Shown: piece by piece, positions 33,789 to 43,948 of the stretch
Numbering within the stretch: the first letter of the stretch is position 1
Layout: each line of letters begins with the position of its first letter
Assembly: GCA_963695335.1 (NCBI GenBank)
Contig: OY968764.1
Location: forward strand, 96,001 to 160,000
Origin: an uncultured bacterium
GTDB taxonomy: Bacteria > Babelota > Babeliae > Babelales > Vermiphilaceae
Length of the DNA: 64,000 nucleotides
Reading direction: 5' to 3'
Translations under genes and position numbers: made by a program
Notes under the pieces: generated by a model
Seen by the model: only the letters and a program-made list of their open reading frames with translations
What the model was told of the DNA's origin: nothing
Databases searched by the model: none

Positions 33789-35152
33789 GCACTCTCTTGT
33801 GCACCATCACACTATGCGCAATGAGGCAAATCTCTCAACCCAAACCCATTCCCCATATTGTATATAACAGCAAAGACAAACTCCATGCCCTGGAAGCAAA
33901 ATTAACAGAAAAATTCAGTATCAACAGTAAATGCCCAAAAAATGAGATCGCACTCTCTCATAACTCCCCTCAAATTAGTCGCATACATTCAAATGATTAC
34001 TTAAACAACTTAGATCAAAACACCACCGCAACTCTTGCATCAATCGATAATACATTTGGGTCATGGTATCCCAATGCGTATAGTAGATCATATCTTCCAC
34101 CAATGCTTGATAATGTTCATACAACATTTGCAGCAACTGAATGCGTAGTTGCGGTAGAAAAAATGACAAACACTAAGCCAAACTATGCAATTTCATTAGC
34201 TGAAGGTTATTCATTTGCAGGGCACAATCAGGGCAGCAAAGGCCATGTATATGCTCCAATTCCAATAGCAGCGGCATATGCTTTGCAAGAGCACAATGAT
34301 ACTATTAAACGCATTCTTGTTATTGATGAAAGCATTACACCAAACACAGCAGAATATTATTTTAAAAGTGGTAATGGATCTATTTTTTTTCCAGAAAACA
34401 ACCCAGAACTTGCTGCGCTGTTTAATGATACAATTGTTACCAATAACCAAATTGCTGATGAACTATGGGATTTTCTGCATAAACCTGAAAATACAATCAA
34501 CCTCGCATTTTATAATATCAATATCGATGATGTTGAACCGATAGAAGGGATGCATCCTGCAGATGCAAAAGAACGAAATCTCAAAATTTGGTCACTTTTT
34601 TATCATTTCATTCCAACAGTCTTTATTTTTTCTGGGGATAAAAACAAACATGAAAAAGAAACCTATTCTACAATTAAATATATTGCCAATACCGCTCAAA
34701 AAATTGCATCTTTTAACAATTCGCGTGAAACGAGATATGCTTACACAGCAATCCCGCAAACAACACCTTCAGCATCTTCTACATCTTCTTCAAGTGAAGA
34801 CAATCTACATCAAAACAACAGTGCAAAACAGTGTGCTCAATCAATAGAAAAACTTCTCGCGTGTATGGCAAAATACCCCATACCTATCAATATAATAATA
34901 CATCGAACCAATAACATACTCAGTGAATCAACTGAATCAGAAACATCATCATTTTCATCATCGTCGTCATTATCATTAAGCGGTCTTGAGCAGAAACAGC
35001 ATAAACTTAAAAAAAGGCTTGGTCTTTCTTCTTCATCAATATCAACCAATGATTATGCAGCTGCAGAAACTTCCTCCACATATGATTATAGCAATGATGC
35101 ATTATCGTATGGGGATGAAGATAATGAGAAGTTTGAAAAAAAATATCAATAA
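33764..35152 (+). CDS. Secreted degenerate HDAC11-like protein with Ser-rich tail
   Basis: RIHSNDYL, YAISLAEGYSFAG..YAPIPIA, KRILVID..GNG, AFYNINID, IPTVFIFSG. Confidence 0.65.
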   Translation: MQKQILYVSTLLCTITLCAMRQISQPKPIPHIVYNSKDKLHALEAKLTEKFSINSKCPKNEIALSHNSPQISRIHSNDYLNNLDQNTTATLASIDNTFGSWYPNAYSRSYLPPMLDNVHTTFAATECVVAVEKMTNTKPNYAISLAEGYSFAGHNQGSKGHVYAPIPIAAAYALQEHNDTIKRILVIDESITPNTAEYYFKSGNGSIFFPENNPELAALFNDTIVTNNQIADELWDFLHKPENTINLAFYNINIDDVEPIEGMHPADAKERNLKIWSLFYHFIPTVFIFSGDKNKHEKETYSTIKYIANTAQKIASFNNSRETRYAYTAIPQTTPSASSTSSSSEDNLHQNNSAKQCAQSIEKLLACMAKYPIPINIIIHRTNNILSESTESETSSFSSSSSLSLSGLEQKQHKLKKRLGLSSSSISTNDYAAAETSSTYDYSNDALSYGDEDNEKFEKKYQ

Positions 35153-35183
35153 AAAAAAGCTGCGCATTTTTTTGCGCAGCTTT
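35151..35183. terminator. Bidirectional terminator
   Basis: AAAGCTGCGCA..TGCGCAGCTTT between convergent genes. Confidence 0.7.
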
Positions 35184-35210
35184 ATCTATTCTAATAATCT
35201 AGAATTTCAA

Positions 35211-35822
35211 TTAATGTCGTCCGTTAATATTATCGATAATAATTGAAGAAATAATATAATTACCGACCATATTTAATCCAAATGCAGTCCATGAATTTTG
35301 ATCTTCTACAAGACTTTTTACTGCAGGTGTAACAATAAATGTATTAATAGCATCACATCCAACTTGTACTGTGGCATCTTTACCAAATTTTTTAACATCC
35401 TTACAACTTATGTTATACATACCTTTTTTGGAATCAAGATGAATAGCTCTAACGATAGCTGAAGAAGTAATTAACTGAACATTTTCTGCTACAAAGTTTC
35501 TATTAAATCTTGAAATATCTTTGCTCCATTCATGAACAAATTCAGTATTATTCAATTTACTCATTCCCTGACCAACAAGAGTGTCTACAATAGGATAAAC
35601 AACATAATCAACACCATTTGCTCTGCCGAAAGGATCTTCTGCTCTATTTGATGAATAATAATGAGCGTGCCGCAAACCTCTTATTGCAGTTCTCATATCC
35701 AGACCATTAGCACTAAGAACGCCAAAAGTGACTGCCGCTTCTGCTGTTTTTCCAAAATCAGCAGCAACATTAACAGATAAACTTAACAGAGAAAAAATAG
35801 AAAGAACTATATATTTTTTCAT
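35211..35822 (-). CDS. Hypothetical exported protein
   Basis: Signal peptide MKKYIVLSIFSLLSLSVNVAA. Confidence 0.7.
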   Translation of the reverse strand: MKKYIVLSIFSLLSLSVNVAADFGKTAEAAVTFGVLSANGLDMRTAIRGLRHAHYYSSNRAEDPFGRANGVDYVVYPIVDTLVGQGMSKLNNTEFVHEWSKDISRFNRNFVAENVQLITSSAIVRAIHLDSKKGMYNISCKDVKKFGKDATVQVGCDAINTFIVTPAVKSLVEDQNSWTAFGLNMVGNYIISSIIIDNINGRH

Positions 35823-35961
35823 GAAACCCCTCATACATATGACACTATTTTATTTCAATTATAAGTTTACCACATAAACCTTAAACCGTAAAATAAGAAT
35901 GATAATAGCGATTGGATCGATATAGCACCAATTACTTAGATGACCCGATAATTAGTATTTT

Positions 35962-36177
35962 CGCGCTCGTCCTGAGTGTTTTTTTGTCCTCAAAAAAATG
36001 TATCGAAGGATGCGGATAAATAAGAATGTTACATTAAAAAATCTTTTTTATATTGCACCCTTCGATACATTTTACTTCGTTTCACTACGCAAAACACTCA
36101 GGGCGAGCGGGAGAGAGGTAAATCCTTTCTTCCGTTCATCCTGAGTGCTTTTTGTTTTCAAAAAATGTATCGAAGGA
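35962..36177. repeat. Three family-A' units (doublet plus single) abutting the MCE stop codon
   Basis: 35962-36110 is a near-copy of 4407-4556; extra unit at 36132-36177. Confidence 0.9.
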
Positions 36178-37884
36178 TTACGTTTTAACCAATCCACCAG
36201 CACCAGAAATGCTGCCAAGAACATATTTCACATCATCATCGCCAAATCGTAAACCAATACCCACAAACGCGTTAGCATTCTGCTTACTCACAAAGTCATC
36301 GGCACCAAACGTGAAGTAAATATTACGCATCAAGAACATTCTGTTTAACCATTTTAAATGTGGACGTTTATCTTGGTGGAATTTGTTTGGTCCTCGACGG
36401 TTAAAGCCACGGAAGTCAAAACCTTCAAACGTTGTTACCCAACGGAATTTATCAGTTTTAAACGGGAATTCATAATCAGCTCCCATTCCCGCAAAGCCAT
36501 CAATCATACCAACACGTAACGCCATATCGCCAAATATTTTACCAAATTGTAACCCAAGGCGTATTCCATTGCGTTCAAAACGTAACTCTTCTTGTCTATA
36601 GTTTGCTTTTAACTGATCATCAAATGGTAGGTTGTTTGAATAAAAAGAATTGGAAAATAGTATTGGTCGATCAATTTCTGTAATTGGTTGTGTTGGACCC
36701 ACTGCTACAGGATCATTCAGTTGTGCTGGATTAATATGTTCAAGCTCATCATTGGTGTAAGTAAGCTGTCTATCGGTACGGTATGCAAAACCTTTTTCAG
36801 AACTCGCTATTTGCACCACATAAAAATGTTCTTCATTGGGATGAATTCGTATATCAAAGTACCCTTTTGAATCTTCGTAACGATAGTTTTCCGCTGGGCG
36901 GTGCATGGTTTCAAAGTGAGTGTCGAATGTGATTTGCATGCGATCAAGTTTACTTACATAATTTTTGAATCCTGAAACTGCAACTTTAATATCGCGATAT
37001 GTTTCATCTTCATTAACCAATTTGCCAAGTAAACCTTTTCCTTCATCAATTTTTTCTGCAACTGAACTGACACTGCGTAACCCATCACGTGCTTGTGCTG
37101 CAGCATCTTCGAGCGCACTTGTTGTTGTTTCAACATGCGCTGCTATGCGTCCAAAATCACGGTCAAACACCGTTGCAATTTTTTCTATACTTTCTTGGAA
37201 TGAAGGGAACAGTTTATTTTCTAATCTATCGGATAACATGCGCACATTCGTGCCGATTTCTAAGAATGCATCAATATTATCTTCATTACGCGCAAATGAT
37301 TTCTCAATGATATTGGTTACACTTGAAAATTTTTCTGCAGCATTTTCCATGTTGCTTACAAATGATTTAATCTGATCCATTCCCTGCGGCCCACCTAAAG
37401 CATCTTTAAATGATTCACTCACTTCACGAACATTATGAGCAATCACTTTTACTTCACGGAATATATCATCAAGATCAACAGGTTCTGTACCAGATTTTTG
37501 TAACGATTCTCCTTCATGTAACGATCGTAACAGTTGATCACCAGGAAGAAGATCTATATATTTTGGCCCCAAAAGACCATCTTGACGGACAAGTGCATAG
37601 GCGTTTTGATATAAAGGATACTCAGACGAAACCATTATTTCAGCTTCAGCTTGCGTTTGAGGACCTTCAAGAAGTTTAATGCTTTCTACCCACCCTACTT
37701 TTACACCAGCAATTTTTACCGCTGCTTTGCGTGATAGTCCAGAAATATCACGGAAATACAACATGTATTTTGTATATTTTGAACGATCAAAACGGAATGC
37801 TCCAATTTTAAAACCCATGTACCCAAAAATGGCAAGTGCTATTAAAACAAAGATTCCAACGCGCGTCTCTATTTTAGCTTGCAA
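36178..37884 (-). CDS. MCE/MlaD-family protein with a long helical region and a beta-rich C-terminal domain
   Basis: ETRVGIFV TM, SGLSRKAAVKIAGVKVG, DGLLGPKYIDLLPG, GKGLLGKL. Confidence 0.88.
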   Translation of the reverse strand: MQAKIETRVGIFVLIALAIFGYMGFKIGAFRFDRSKYTKYMLYFRDISGLSRKAAVKIAGVKVGWVESIKLLEGPQTQAEAEIMVSSEYPLYQNAYALVRQDGLLGPKYIDLLPGDQLLRSLHEGESLQKSGTEPVDLDDIFREVKVIAHNVREVSESFKDALGGPQGMDQIKSFVSNMENAAEKFSSVTNIIEKSFARNEDNIDAFLEIGTNVRMLSDRLENKLFPSFQESIEKIATVFDRDFGRIAAHVETTTSALEDAAAQARDGLRSVSSVAEKIDEGKGLLGKLVNEDETYRDIKVAVSGFKNYVSKLDRMQITFDTHFETMHRPAENYRYEDSKGYFDIRIHPNEEHFYVVQIASSEKGFAYRTDRQLTYTNDELEHINPAQLNDPVAVGPTQPITEIDRPILFSNSFYSNNLPFDDQLKANYRQEELRFERNGIRLGLQFGKIFGDMALRVGMIDGFAGMGADYEFPFKTDKFRWVTTFEGFDFRGFNRRGPNKFHQDKRPHLKWLNRMFLMRNIYFTFGADDFVSKQNANAFVGIGLRFGDDDVKYVLGSISGAGGLVKT

Positions 37885-37905
37885 ACTGATTCCTTTTTTA
37901 CCCTA

Positions 37906-39021
37906 TCACAACCAATATAATTTTTTTATCGCAACGTCATACGTAGTTGTATCTCTCTGCGATTTTTTATTTCTTTCTAAAATTGCAAACACACATTGTG
38001 TTACATCACCAACTTTACCATGTACAAGAACAGAAAAATAACATGGCTCAAATTTGGTGCTCAGCATTGAGTCTATATGTTTAGGCAAAGTCCGCAACTC
38101 TTTCCCATACACTGGCATCAATATTGTTTTCCAATCTTGTTGCCAATTGGTTTGCTCTTTAAAATTTTTTACCCATGATGCTGATTGCTCTTTTCTTTGT
38201 TTTATATCATCAACTTCTACTCGTGGCAATCCCAACACACCATTTATTGAATCCGAAAAGAGCCATGGTTCAAGTTTATCGGAACTAGACCATACTGTAA
38301 AAATATCTGTTAAATAAACAGTATCCTGTTTTTTTTGTGTTGGAGGTTGATAGAAAAGTGTATCTTTAAATTGACTGAATTCTTTATGCGTAATTAACTC
38401 TGTTGCATCATTGAATGGAAACTTTAAATCTTTAACTATTTTTTCTAATGCTGGAAACAGATCAGATGCTTTGGTCGATTTTTCAATTGATTTGCATACT
38501 TCTTGCATGATTGCTTTCCAACCACTTTGATCAGTACCCAAAAACACACCTTTATTAAAATCAATAATCTGATTGAGATTAATTTTACCTTCTTCACACA
38601 TGAGGCACACTTCTATCTGACCATCAACACCATCAATTGTTTCTTTTAAATCAAACTGTTGCCAACGATTTAATGTTGGCAGAATACGTTGTAATAAATC
38701 CTGCTCATCAGAAACAGTTTGCTTATTTTTTTCACTGTCCGCCGTCTTGTCCTCCGTAGCCTTGGCAGAGGAGGAAGCTTTAGCGGAGGAGGATGATAAC
38801 TGGGCAATTGCAACTTGAACACCACCAAGCGCTAACATCTTTGCTTTTTCTCGTGCAGTGATCATGTATGAAAATGGTAAATAAAAAGAACCGCGATGAC
38901 CCACATACGTAACAATCATCATTGCTGCGCCAACCACCAGCAATGTGAAAATCATAATATATCCCGCCGTCGCTGAAGCTATGGCGGGCTGCGCCTGTCT
39001 TGGGTTTATTTTAATTTTCAT
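37906..39021 (-). CDS. gspK: Type II secretion minor pseudopilin K
   Basis: G-YIMIFTL hydrophobic N-terminus, EEGKINLN motif, last pseudopilin gene of the operon. Confidence 0.75.
   Translation of the reverse strand: MKIKINPRQAQPAIASATAGYIMIFTLLVVGAAMMIVTYVGHRGSFYLPFSYMITAREKAKMLALGGVQVAIAQLSSSSAKASSSAKATEDKTADSEKNKQTVSDEQDLLQRILPTLNRWQQFDLKETIDGVDGQIEVCLMCEEGKINLNQIIDFNKGVFLGTDQSGWKAIMQEVCKSIEKSTKASDLFPALEKIVKDLKFPFNDATELITHKEFSQFKDTLFYQPPTQKKQDTVYLTDIFTVWSSSDKLEPWLFSDSINGVLGLPRVEVDDIKQRKEQSASWVKNFKEQTNWQQDWKTILMPVYGKELRTLPKHIDSMLSTKFEPCYFSVLVHGKVGDVTQCVFAILERNKKSQRDTTTYDVAIKKLYWL
38737..38793. repeat. Nested family-B palindromes in frame in gspK
   Basis: GTCCGCCG[TCTTGTCCTCCGTAGCCTTGGCAGAGGAGG]AAGCTTTAGCGGAGGAGGA encodes SSSAKASSSAKATEDKTAD. 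Confidence 0.8.
38963..38988. repeat. Family-B palindrome in the GspK leader peptide
   Basis: CCCGCCGTCGCTGAAGCTATGGCGGG encodes PAIASATAG; similar to the insert at 52101-52125. Confidence 0.7.
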
Positions 39022-39024
39022 AAC

Positions 39025-40062
39025 CTACACTCGCATACCAAATCTTCTCTGCACTTCATTGATTGTATTTTCATTCTTTTCAGCTTGATAGAGAACTCTC
39101 CCTCTTTGATCAACAACTCTAATTATTTCTTTGGTATTAGAAGCAACTTTAGGAGCAAAAGGAACCTGATCCGCTGATTGCCCTGCTTCTTTATTTTCAT
39201 CTTGTTTTGGTTGCTCGGGTTCTTTTTTATCCTGTTTTTTAACTTTAACCGGAGAAAAATCAGTAGGAATTTCACACACGATTGTAAACTCTTTGTTTTT
39301 CTTCTCTTGCAAATCCCACAGCGTTAACTTCATTTCTACGCTATACGGAATACGCGGAAATTCTGATTTTTCCTTACCCTCTTCTTTTTTCTGCTCACTC
39401 ACCCATTCGTTTTGGGTTTTATACTCATACTCTTTTTTAGCTTTTTCAGCATTTTCAGATTTTTCATCTTTCTTTTTTTCAAGACGGGCAGTAAATGTAA
39501 CCGTACATTTTTTAATACCACCAATCACTTCATACGGCGTAACATTCTTATATTTTTCTAAATCAAGTTCCATGCTTTCTTGTCTGAACAGTGCGTATGA
39601 ATCTTTTTTATGCTCTTCTGGTTTGAGTGTATATTGCACCCGAACAACTTTTGGTTTTGCCACTCCAACATCTTTACCAACGTATACAACCAAAGGATTA
39701 TTGGTAATAAATGTAAGTGTATCTAATTGTCCATTTTTATTGGTGCTATAAAAAATTTTTTCTATAACCTTTGGTTTCTCTTTTGCGGGAACTTTCACGT
39801 CTTTAGACGTGTCCTCCGAAGCCTTAGCGAAGGAGGATGCTTCCTGTTTTTTTTCTTCAGCCTGCTTTGGAACAAAGCAACCAATCAAATCTTTCTCTAA
39901 CTGATTTGCAACCACCCCAACGCGAACTGAAAGATCAATAACATTATCAACTGATGTTTGAACGCGCGCACTTTGAAACAACATAGCAAACAAAACTCCT
40001 GCAATCAGTGATGCTATCAATGTTGCGATAATAAGTTCAATTAACATAAATCCTTGTTTCAT
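39025..40062 (-). CDS. gspJ: Type II secretion pseudopilin J-like
   Basis: QG-FMLIELII prepilin motif; LEKDL; position in operon. Confidence 0.7.
   Translation of the reverse strand: MKQGFMLIELIIATLIASLIAGVLFAMLFQSARVQTSVDNVIDLSVRVGVVANQLEKDLIGCFVPKQAEEKKQEASSFAKASEDTSKDVKVPAKEKPKVIEKIFYSTNKNGQLDTLTFITNNPLVVYVGKDVGVAKPKVVRVQYTLKPEEHKKDSYALFRQESMELDLEKYKNVTPYEVIGGIKKCTVTFTARLEKKKDEKSENAEKAKKEYEYKTQNEWVSEQKKEEGKEKSEFPRIPYSVEMKLTLWDLQEKKNKEFTIVCEIPTDFSPVKVKKQDKKEPEQPKQDENKEAGQSADQVPFAPKVASNTKEIIRVVDQRGRVLYQAEKNENTINEVQRRFGMRV
39811..39837. repeat. Family-B palindrome in frame in gspJ
   Basis: GTCCTCCGAAGCCTTAGCGAAGGAGGA encodes SSFAKASED. Confidence 0.8.
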
Positions 40063-40478
40063 TATTTTTTCTGCTCAGGTTGTTTATAAACAAATGTTAT
40101 TAATTGTTCATGTTTTTTTCTTTCTTGTTCTGTCCAAGAAATTTTTACTGATTCTCTATGCAATCCCTGCACTGATGCTAAAGATGATTTTGCATCTACA
40201 CCTTTTTCAAGAGAATAAGAAAGCGCAGGGCCAAAATCAACGGCTGGTTTATCAAGTGAAAATGTTTGTGCATCAGGATCCTGTTTTTGACGCGCTTCAT
40301 ACAATACGTTTTTGCCCAATAAAACATAACTAAATTCTTGAGCATATCGATTAACACGCTGAATCACCGTGCTCAATATAATAAGCATAGGTGTAAAAAC
40401 TAATGCGGCAATTGCCATTGCCAGCATTGTTTCAATTAACGTAAAGCCGCTACTGTTATGGTTTTTGAAATGTATCAT
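40062..40478 (-). CDS. gspI: Type II secretion pseudopilin I-like
   Basis: SG-FTLIETML prepilin motif; size and position. Confidence 0.65.
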   Translation of the reverse strand: MIHFKNHNSSGFTLIETMLAMAIAALVFTPMLIILSTVIQRVNRYAQEFSYVLLGKNVLYEARQKQDPDAQTFSLDKPAVDFGPALSYSLEKGVDAKSSLASVQGLHRESVKISWTEQERKKHEQLITFVYKQPEQKK

Positions 40479-41010
40479 ATGTTTTAAAAAGCGCAGTAAA
40501 AGGATTAAGCACTAATGAAAATTGCCGTGGTTGATCATCATGTAAATCTTGTGTATCCACACCATTAATCACCACATTTTGCACCATTCCTTCAGGAACA
40601 ATATAAAACCATGTTGTTGCTGTTTTGCTGCGTGCAAATTTTGTCATCATATCAAAACCTTCAATAAAAAATTGTTTGATCTGAATTTGAGGAGGAATAG
40701 TTATTTCTGTATCTTGCACTGCATGCTCAATCGGTTTAAAAATAATTTCTCCTGAACGGTCTTTTTCACCAGAATCAATAGCCAACGAAATTAATTTTTT
40801 GCCAATATCAACGGTGATGCGTTGTGTTTTATGTGTTACTAATGATTGCTGCCAACCATATTGCACCAAAGTGTTAAACCGCGCTATAAACGCTTCTCGT
40901 TCATAGCGCGGTGTTTTGCGACTAATATTGGGCATAATGACTGCACTGAGCACACCAATTATTGCAATCACTATCATCAGTTCTAAAAGAGAGAATCCAC
41001 TATTAGACAT
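40456..41010 (-). CDS. gspH: Type II secretion pseudopilin H-like
   Basis: MSNSG-FSLLELMIVIAII; start moved to ATG 41010 because the upstream extension crosses a repeat. Confidence 0.7.
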   Translation of the reverse strand: MSNSGFSLLELMIVIAIIGVLSAVIMPNISRKTPRYEREAFIARFNTLVQYGWQQSLVTHKTQRITVDIGKKLISLAIDSGEKDRSGEIIFKPIEHAVQDTEITIPPQIQIKQFFIEGFDMMTKFARSKTATTWFYIVPEGMVQNVVINGVDTQDLHDDQPRQFSLVLNPFTALFKTYDTFQKP

Positions 41011-41020
41011 CCGTTCATTT

Positions 41021-41079
41021 ACCCCATCTCCGTTACTCTTCAATGGGGACCCCAATTGAAACGACGTAGAAATTGGGGA
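41021..41079. repeat. Family-C palindrome between gspG and gspH
   Basis: ACCCCATCTCCG..ATGGGGACCCCAAT..AATTGGGGA. Confidence 0.75.
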
Positions 41080-41110
41080 ACAAAAGCCATGATAATTCTT
41101 ATTCAACGTG

Positions 41111-41560
41111 CTATTCCTTTTTCGCTTCCTCCCACACGTTAATCCATTCATCTTTTGGAGCACCCTGGCCATTAGGACCCCATGAATAGAGTTCGTATGG
41201 ATGTTTAGCACCTTGTGTTACTTTATACTTAAAATCGTTACCCCAAGGATCGGTAGGAACTTCTTCTTTTTCTATGTATGGTTCTTCCCAACCAGTAATA
41301 TTTGCTGGTTTTTTAATGAGATCTTTTAATTTTCCTGGTAATTGATGCGTATCACGTTGATATTCAGCAATTGCATTTTTTAAACCATTTAACGATATTT
41401 TTGCAGTTCTTCTTTGTGCTTTTTTATACGCGCTATTAACCGCGGGCACAACAAGCCCCATTAATAAACCAATAATTGCGATAGCAATCATTATTTCTAC
41501 CAATGTAAATCCTGCACGTGCAGAACGTGCATGTTGATCTTTATACGTCATAGTTATCAT
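41111..41560 (-). CDS. gspG: Type II secretion major pseudopilin G
   Basis: AG-FTLVEIM, W..PY, DPWGNDFKY, LYSWGPNG; AAGGAG RBS. Confidence 0.9.
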   Translation of the reverse strand: MITMTYKDQHARSARAGFTLVEIMIAIAIIGLLMGLVVPAVNSAYKKAQRRTAKISLNGLKNAIAEYQRDTHQLPGKLKDLIKKPANITGWEEPYIEKEEVPTDPWGNDFKYKVTQGAKHPYELYSWGPNGQGAPKDEWINVWEEAKKE

Positions 41561-41582
41561 AAAAACTCCTTTGTAATAAAAA

Positions 41583-42794
41583 TTATCCAATATTTTGAAT
41601 TTGCTGCGCCATCGGTAACGCAATTGCTACTACAATAAACCCAACAACAACTGCCATCACAATAAGCATAATCGGTGAAATTAAACCAGTCATTGTATCA
41701 ATAAGCTCAACATATTCTTTTTCATATGTATCAGCAACGGTCAATAACATTTTATCCAACTGACCACTCTGTTCACCTGTTTTAATCAGATAAATAGCAA
41801 TAGGTGGAAACATTTTTGTTTGCTGCAAATACTCTGCTATTTTACCTTCTTTTACAATATTATCACGTGCAGTACGCAACGCAGATGCTAAAATACGATT
41901 ATCAATAACACTCACCACAATATCAAGCGCTTCAGCAATATTTACACCACCTTCCAACAACAAACCAAGCGTATAACTGAATTGCACTACTGCATTCGTT
42001 TTTGAAAGATGTTTAATTAATGGAAGTTTTAGTTTAAGTTGATCCCATTGTCTACCACCGGCAGGTGTTGCTTTCCAAAATTTAAACAATACTATTATGG
42101 CAATTACTGCACCGATAATAATGAAAAAATAGCTAATCATAAAATCAGATAATGCCACGACAAACTGTGTTATACCGGGTAATTCCTGTTTTTGTGACGC
42201 AAAATTTTTTGCCATATCTGGCACAATTTTCATGATCATGAGTGCAGTTACAGCAATTGCAACAACAAGCTGTATAACTGGTTGCATCATTGCACTTTTT
42301 ACTGTTTTTGTTATCGTTTCACGCCGCTCCAAATAAACAGTTAACCGCTCAAGAATTGTTTCTAACTTACCTGTTGCTTCACCAGCACGAACAAGTTGAA
42401 TATAAATTTTTTCAAATACTTTGGGATATTTAGCGAGTGCATCAGCCAATGATGTGCCTTCTTTAACATCATCTTTAATGCGCACAAGCATTGTTTTAAC
42501 ACCACCTTCAAACTGCTCAATGAGCGTTTCAATTGCTTGTAAAATGGGCACACCTGATTTGAGTAAAATAGCGAGTTGTTTGGTGAGAAGAATTTTGTCT
42601 TTAACGGTGATTTTTTTCTCAAAAAGCCGTTTCAAAAAACCTCCGGCAGCAGTTCCACCGGATAGTTCAATTTTGATAGGAAATAGTCCCTGCTTTGTTA
42701 ATTGTTCTCGTAAGGCTTCTGCTGATGGCGCATCAATCACGCCACTGACCTTCTTTCCTGCTTTTGAAAACGCTTCATATGCATATAACGCCAT
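41583..42794 (-). CDS. gspF: Type II secretion inner-membrane platform protein F (PilC family)
   Basis: TKQLAILLKSGVP, AGEATGKL, TGEQSGQL. Confidence 0.92.
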   Translation of the reverse strand: MALYAYEAFSKAGKKVSGVIDAPSAEALREQLTKQGLFPIKIELSGGTAAGGFLKRLFEKKITVKDKILLTKQLAILLKSGVPILQAIETLIEQFEGGVKTMLVRIKDDVKEGTSLADALAKYPKVFEKIYIQLVRAGEATGKLETILERLTVYLERRETITKTVKSAMMQPVIQLVVAIAVTALMIMKIVPDMAKNFASQKQELPGITQFVVALSDFMISYFFIIIGAVIAIIVLFKFWKATPAGGRQWDQLKLKLPLIKHLSKTNAVVQFSYTLGLLLEGGVNIAEALDIVVSVIDNRILASALRTARDNIVKEGKIAEYLQQTKMFPPIAIYLIKTGEQSGQLDKMLLTVADTYEKEYVELIDTMTGLISPIMLIVMAVVVGFIVVAIALPMAQQIQNIG

Positions 42795-42900
42795 ATAAGA
42801 TTCCTTAAGAACAATTTTATTTATTGATCAGATAACAATTTTTATGATACCATTAAAACCTGATCCAAGGTTATTATTAATTTTTATACGGAGTCAAACC

Positions 42901-43869
42901 ATGATTCATTATTTTATCACACTTTTTATAATAACTGTTCTTTCCAGTCATAATATAAACACACATGCTTTTCAAGAAAAAGATAGTATGCTGCACAGCC
43001 AAGACCATCTTATTGTAGCAATACAAAAAGAATTGAGAACACCAGAATACAAAAAAGAAATCTTACCACACGATTTTTCACACCTTTCTCATCTGATTGC
43101 GTATGGTACCAAAGGCAATCAACCTCCTGCATATTTACGCTCTATCATAAAGCTGTTTTCTAATCTGATCAAAAGTTCTCACTATGTTAATGCATACGCT
43201 TTTTCCAGCTTACTTGAAACTGTTCCTGAACAGTTAGCTCCTTATTTTTCACTTTCTCAATCAGATGAATATATCTCTGATTCAGCATTTTACGATGCAA
43301 CCTTTGTTGACCGCTTCCAGTCAACCGTTAACAACATGCTCTATGCAAAATTCAGCAATGAATACGATTCATTCAGACAAAATCCTGATCTCTTTTTACA
43401 AAAAATAAGCAATAATATTACAATGATTGCTCAAGAAGAACTTATTCAAGAACAGCTACGCCAAGGCGTTATCAGATTTTGTGAAATTGCTTTAAGTAAA
43501 CTGGTGTGGGATCCTGCTACACAAGAAGAAACATGGTATATTACTAAAAAAATTGGTGAACAATTAGCAAGCTTCTTGGAGTACAACATTCTTGATGACG
43601 TTAATGATTTGGATGATTTATATTGGACATTATTAAACCGTTACTGCTACTTCATGGAACTTACAACTACTGATATGTCTGAATCATTCTACCAAACAAT
43701 TAGAAATGATCTACGCGCACATGCAGATGACATTATTCTTTTTGCGCTTAAAGAACAAGACTCTTTTGTTGAACCAAAACTTTCATACATGCAACGTACA
43801 TTGCTTGAAACTGAAACCGATGCGTATCGGCATAAAACAGGGGTTTTAACTCACCAAATATTAGCATAA
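42901..43869 (+). CDS. Hypothetical exported protein
   Basis: Long ORF with signal-like N-terminus; no recognised motif. Confidence 0.7.
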   Translation: MIHYFITLFIITVLSSHNINTHAFQEKDSMLHSQDHLIVAIQKELRTPEYKKEILPHDFSHLSHLIAYGTKGNQPPAYLRSIIKLFSNLIKSSHYVNAYAFSSLLETVPEQLAPYFSLSQSDEYISDSAFYDATFVDRFQSTVNNMLYAKFSNEYDSFRQNPDLFLQKISNNITMIAQEELIQEQLRQGVIRFCEIALSKLVWDPATQEETWYITKKIGEQLASFLEYNILDDVNDLDDLYWTLLNRYCYFMELTTTDMSESFYQTIRNDLRAHADDIILFALKEQDSFVEPKLSYMQRTLLETETDAYRHKTGVLTHQILA

Positions 43870-43948
43870 CCTAACAATACATTATAAAACATATGCAAAT
43901 TCGTGATTAATCATGGATTTGCATATGTTATTTAAATTCAGGAAATAT

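Noticed and set aside
41011..41211. Long N-terminal extensions of GspH (and of Ddl from 53054, HerA from 12897)
   Set aside because: The extensions start in or cross repeats or overlap the upstream gene; downstream ATGs give canonical N-termini.
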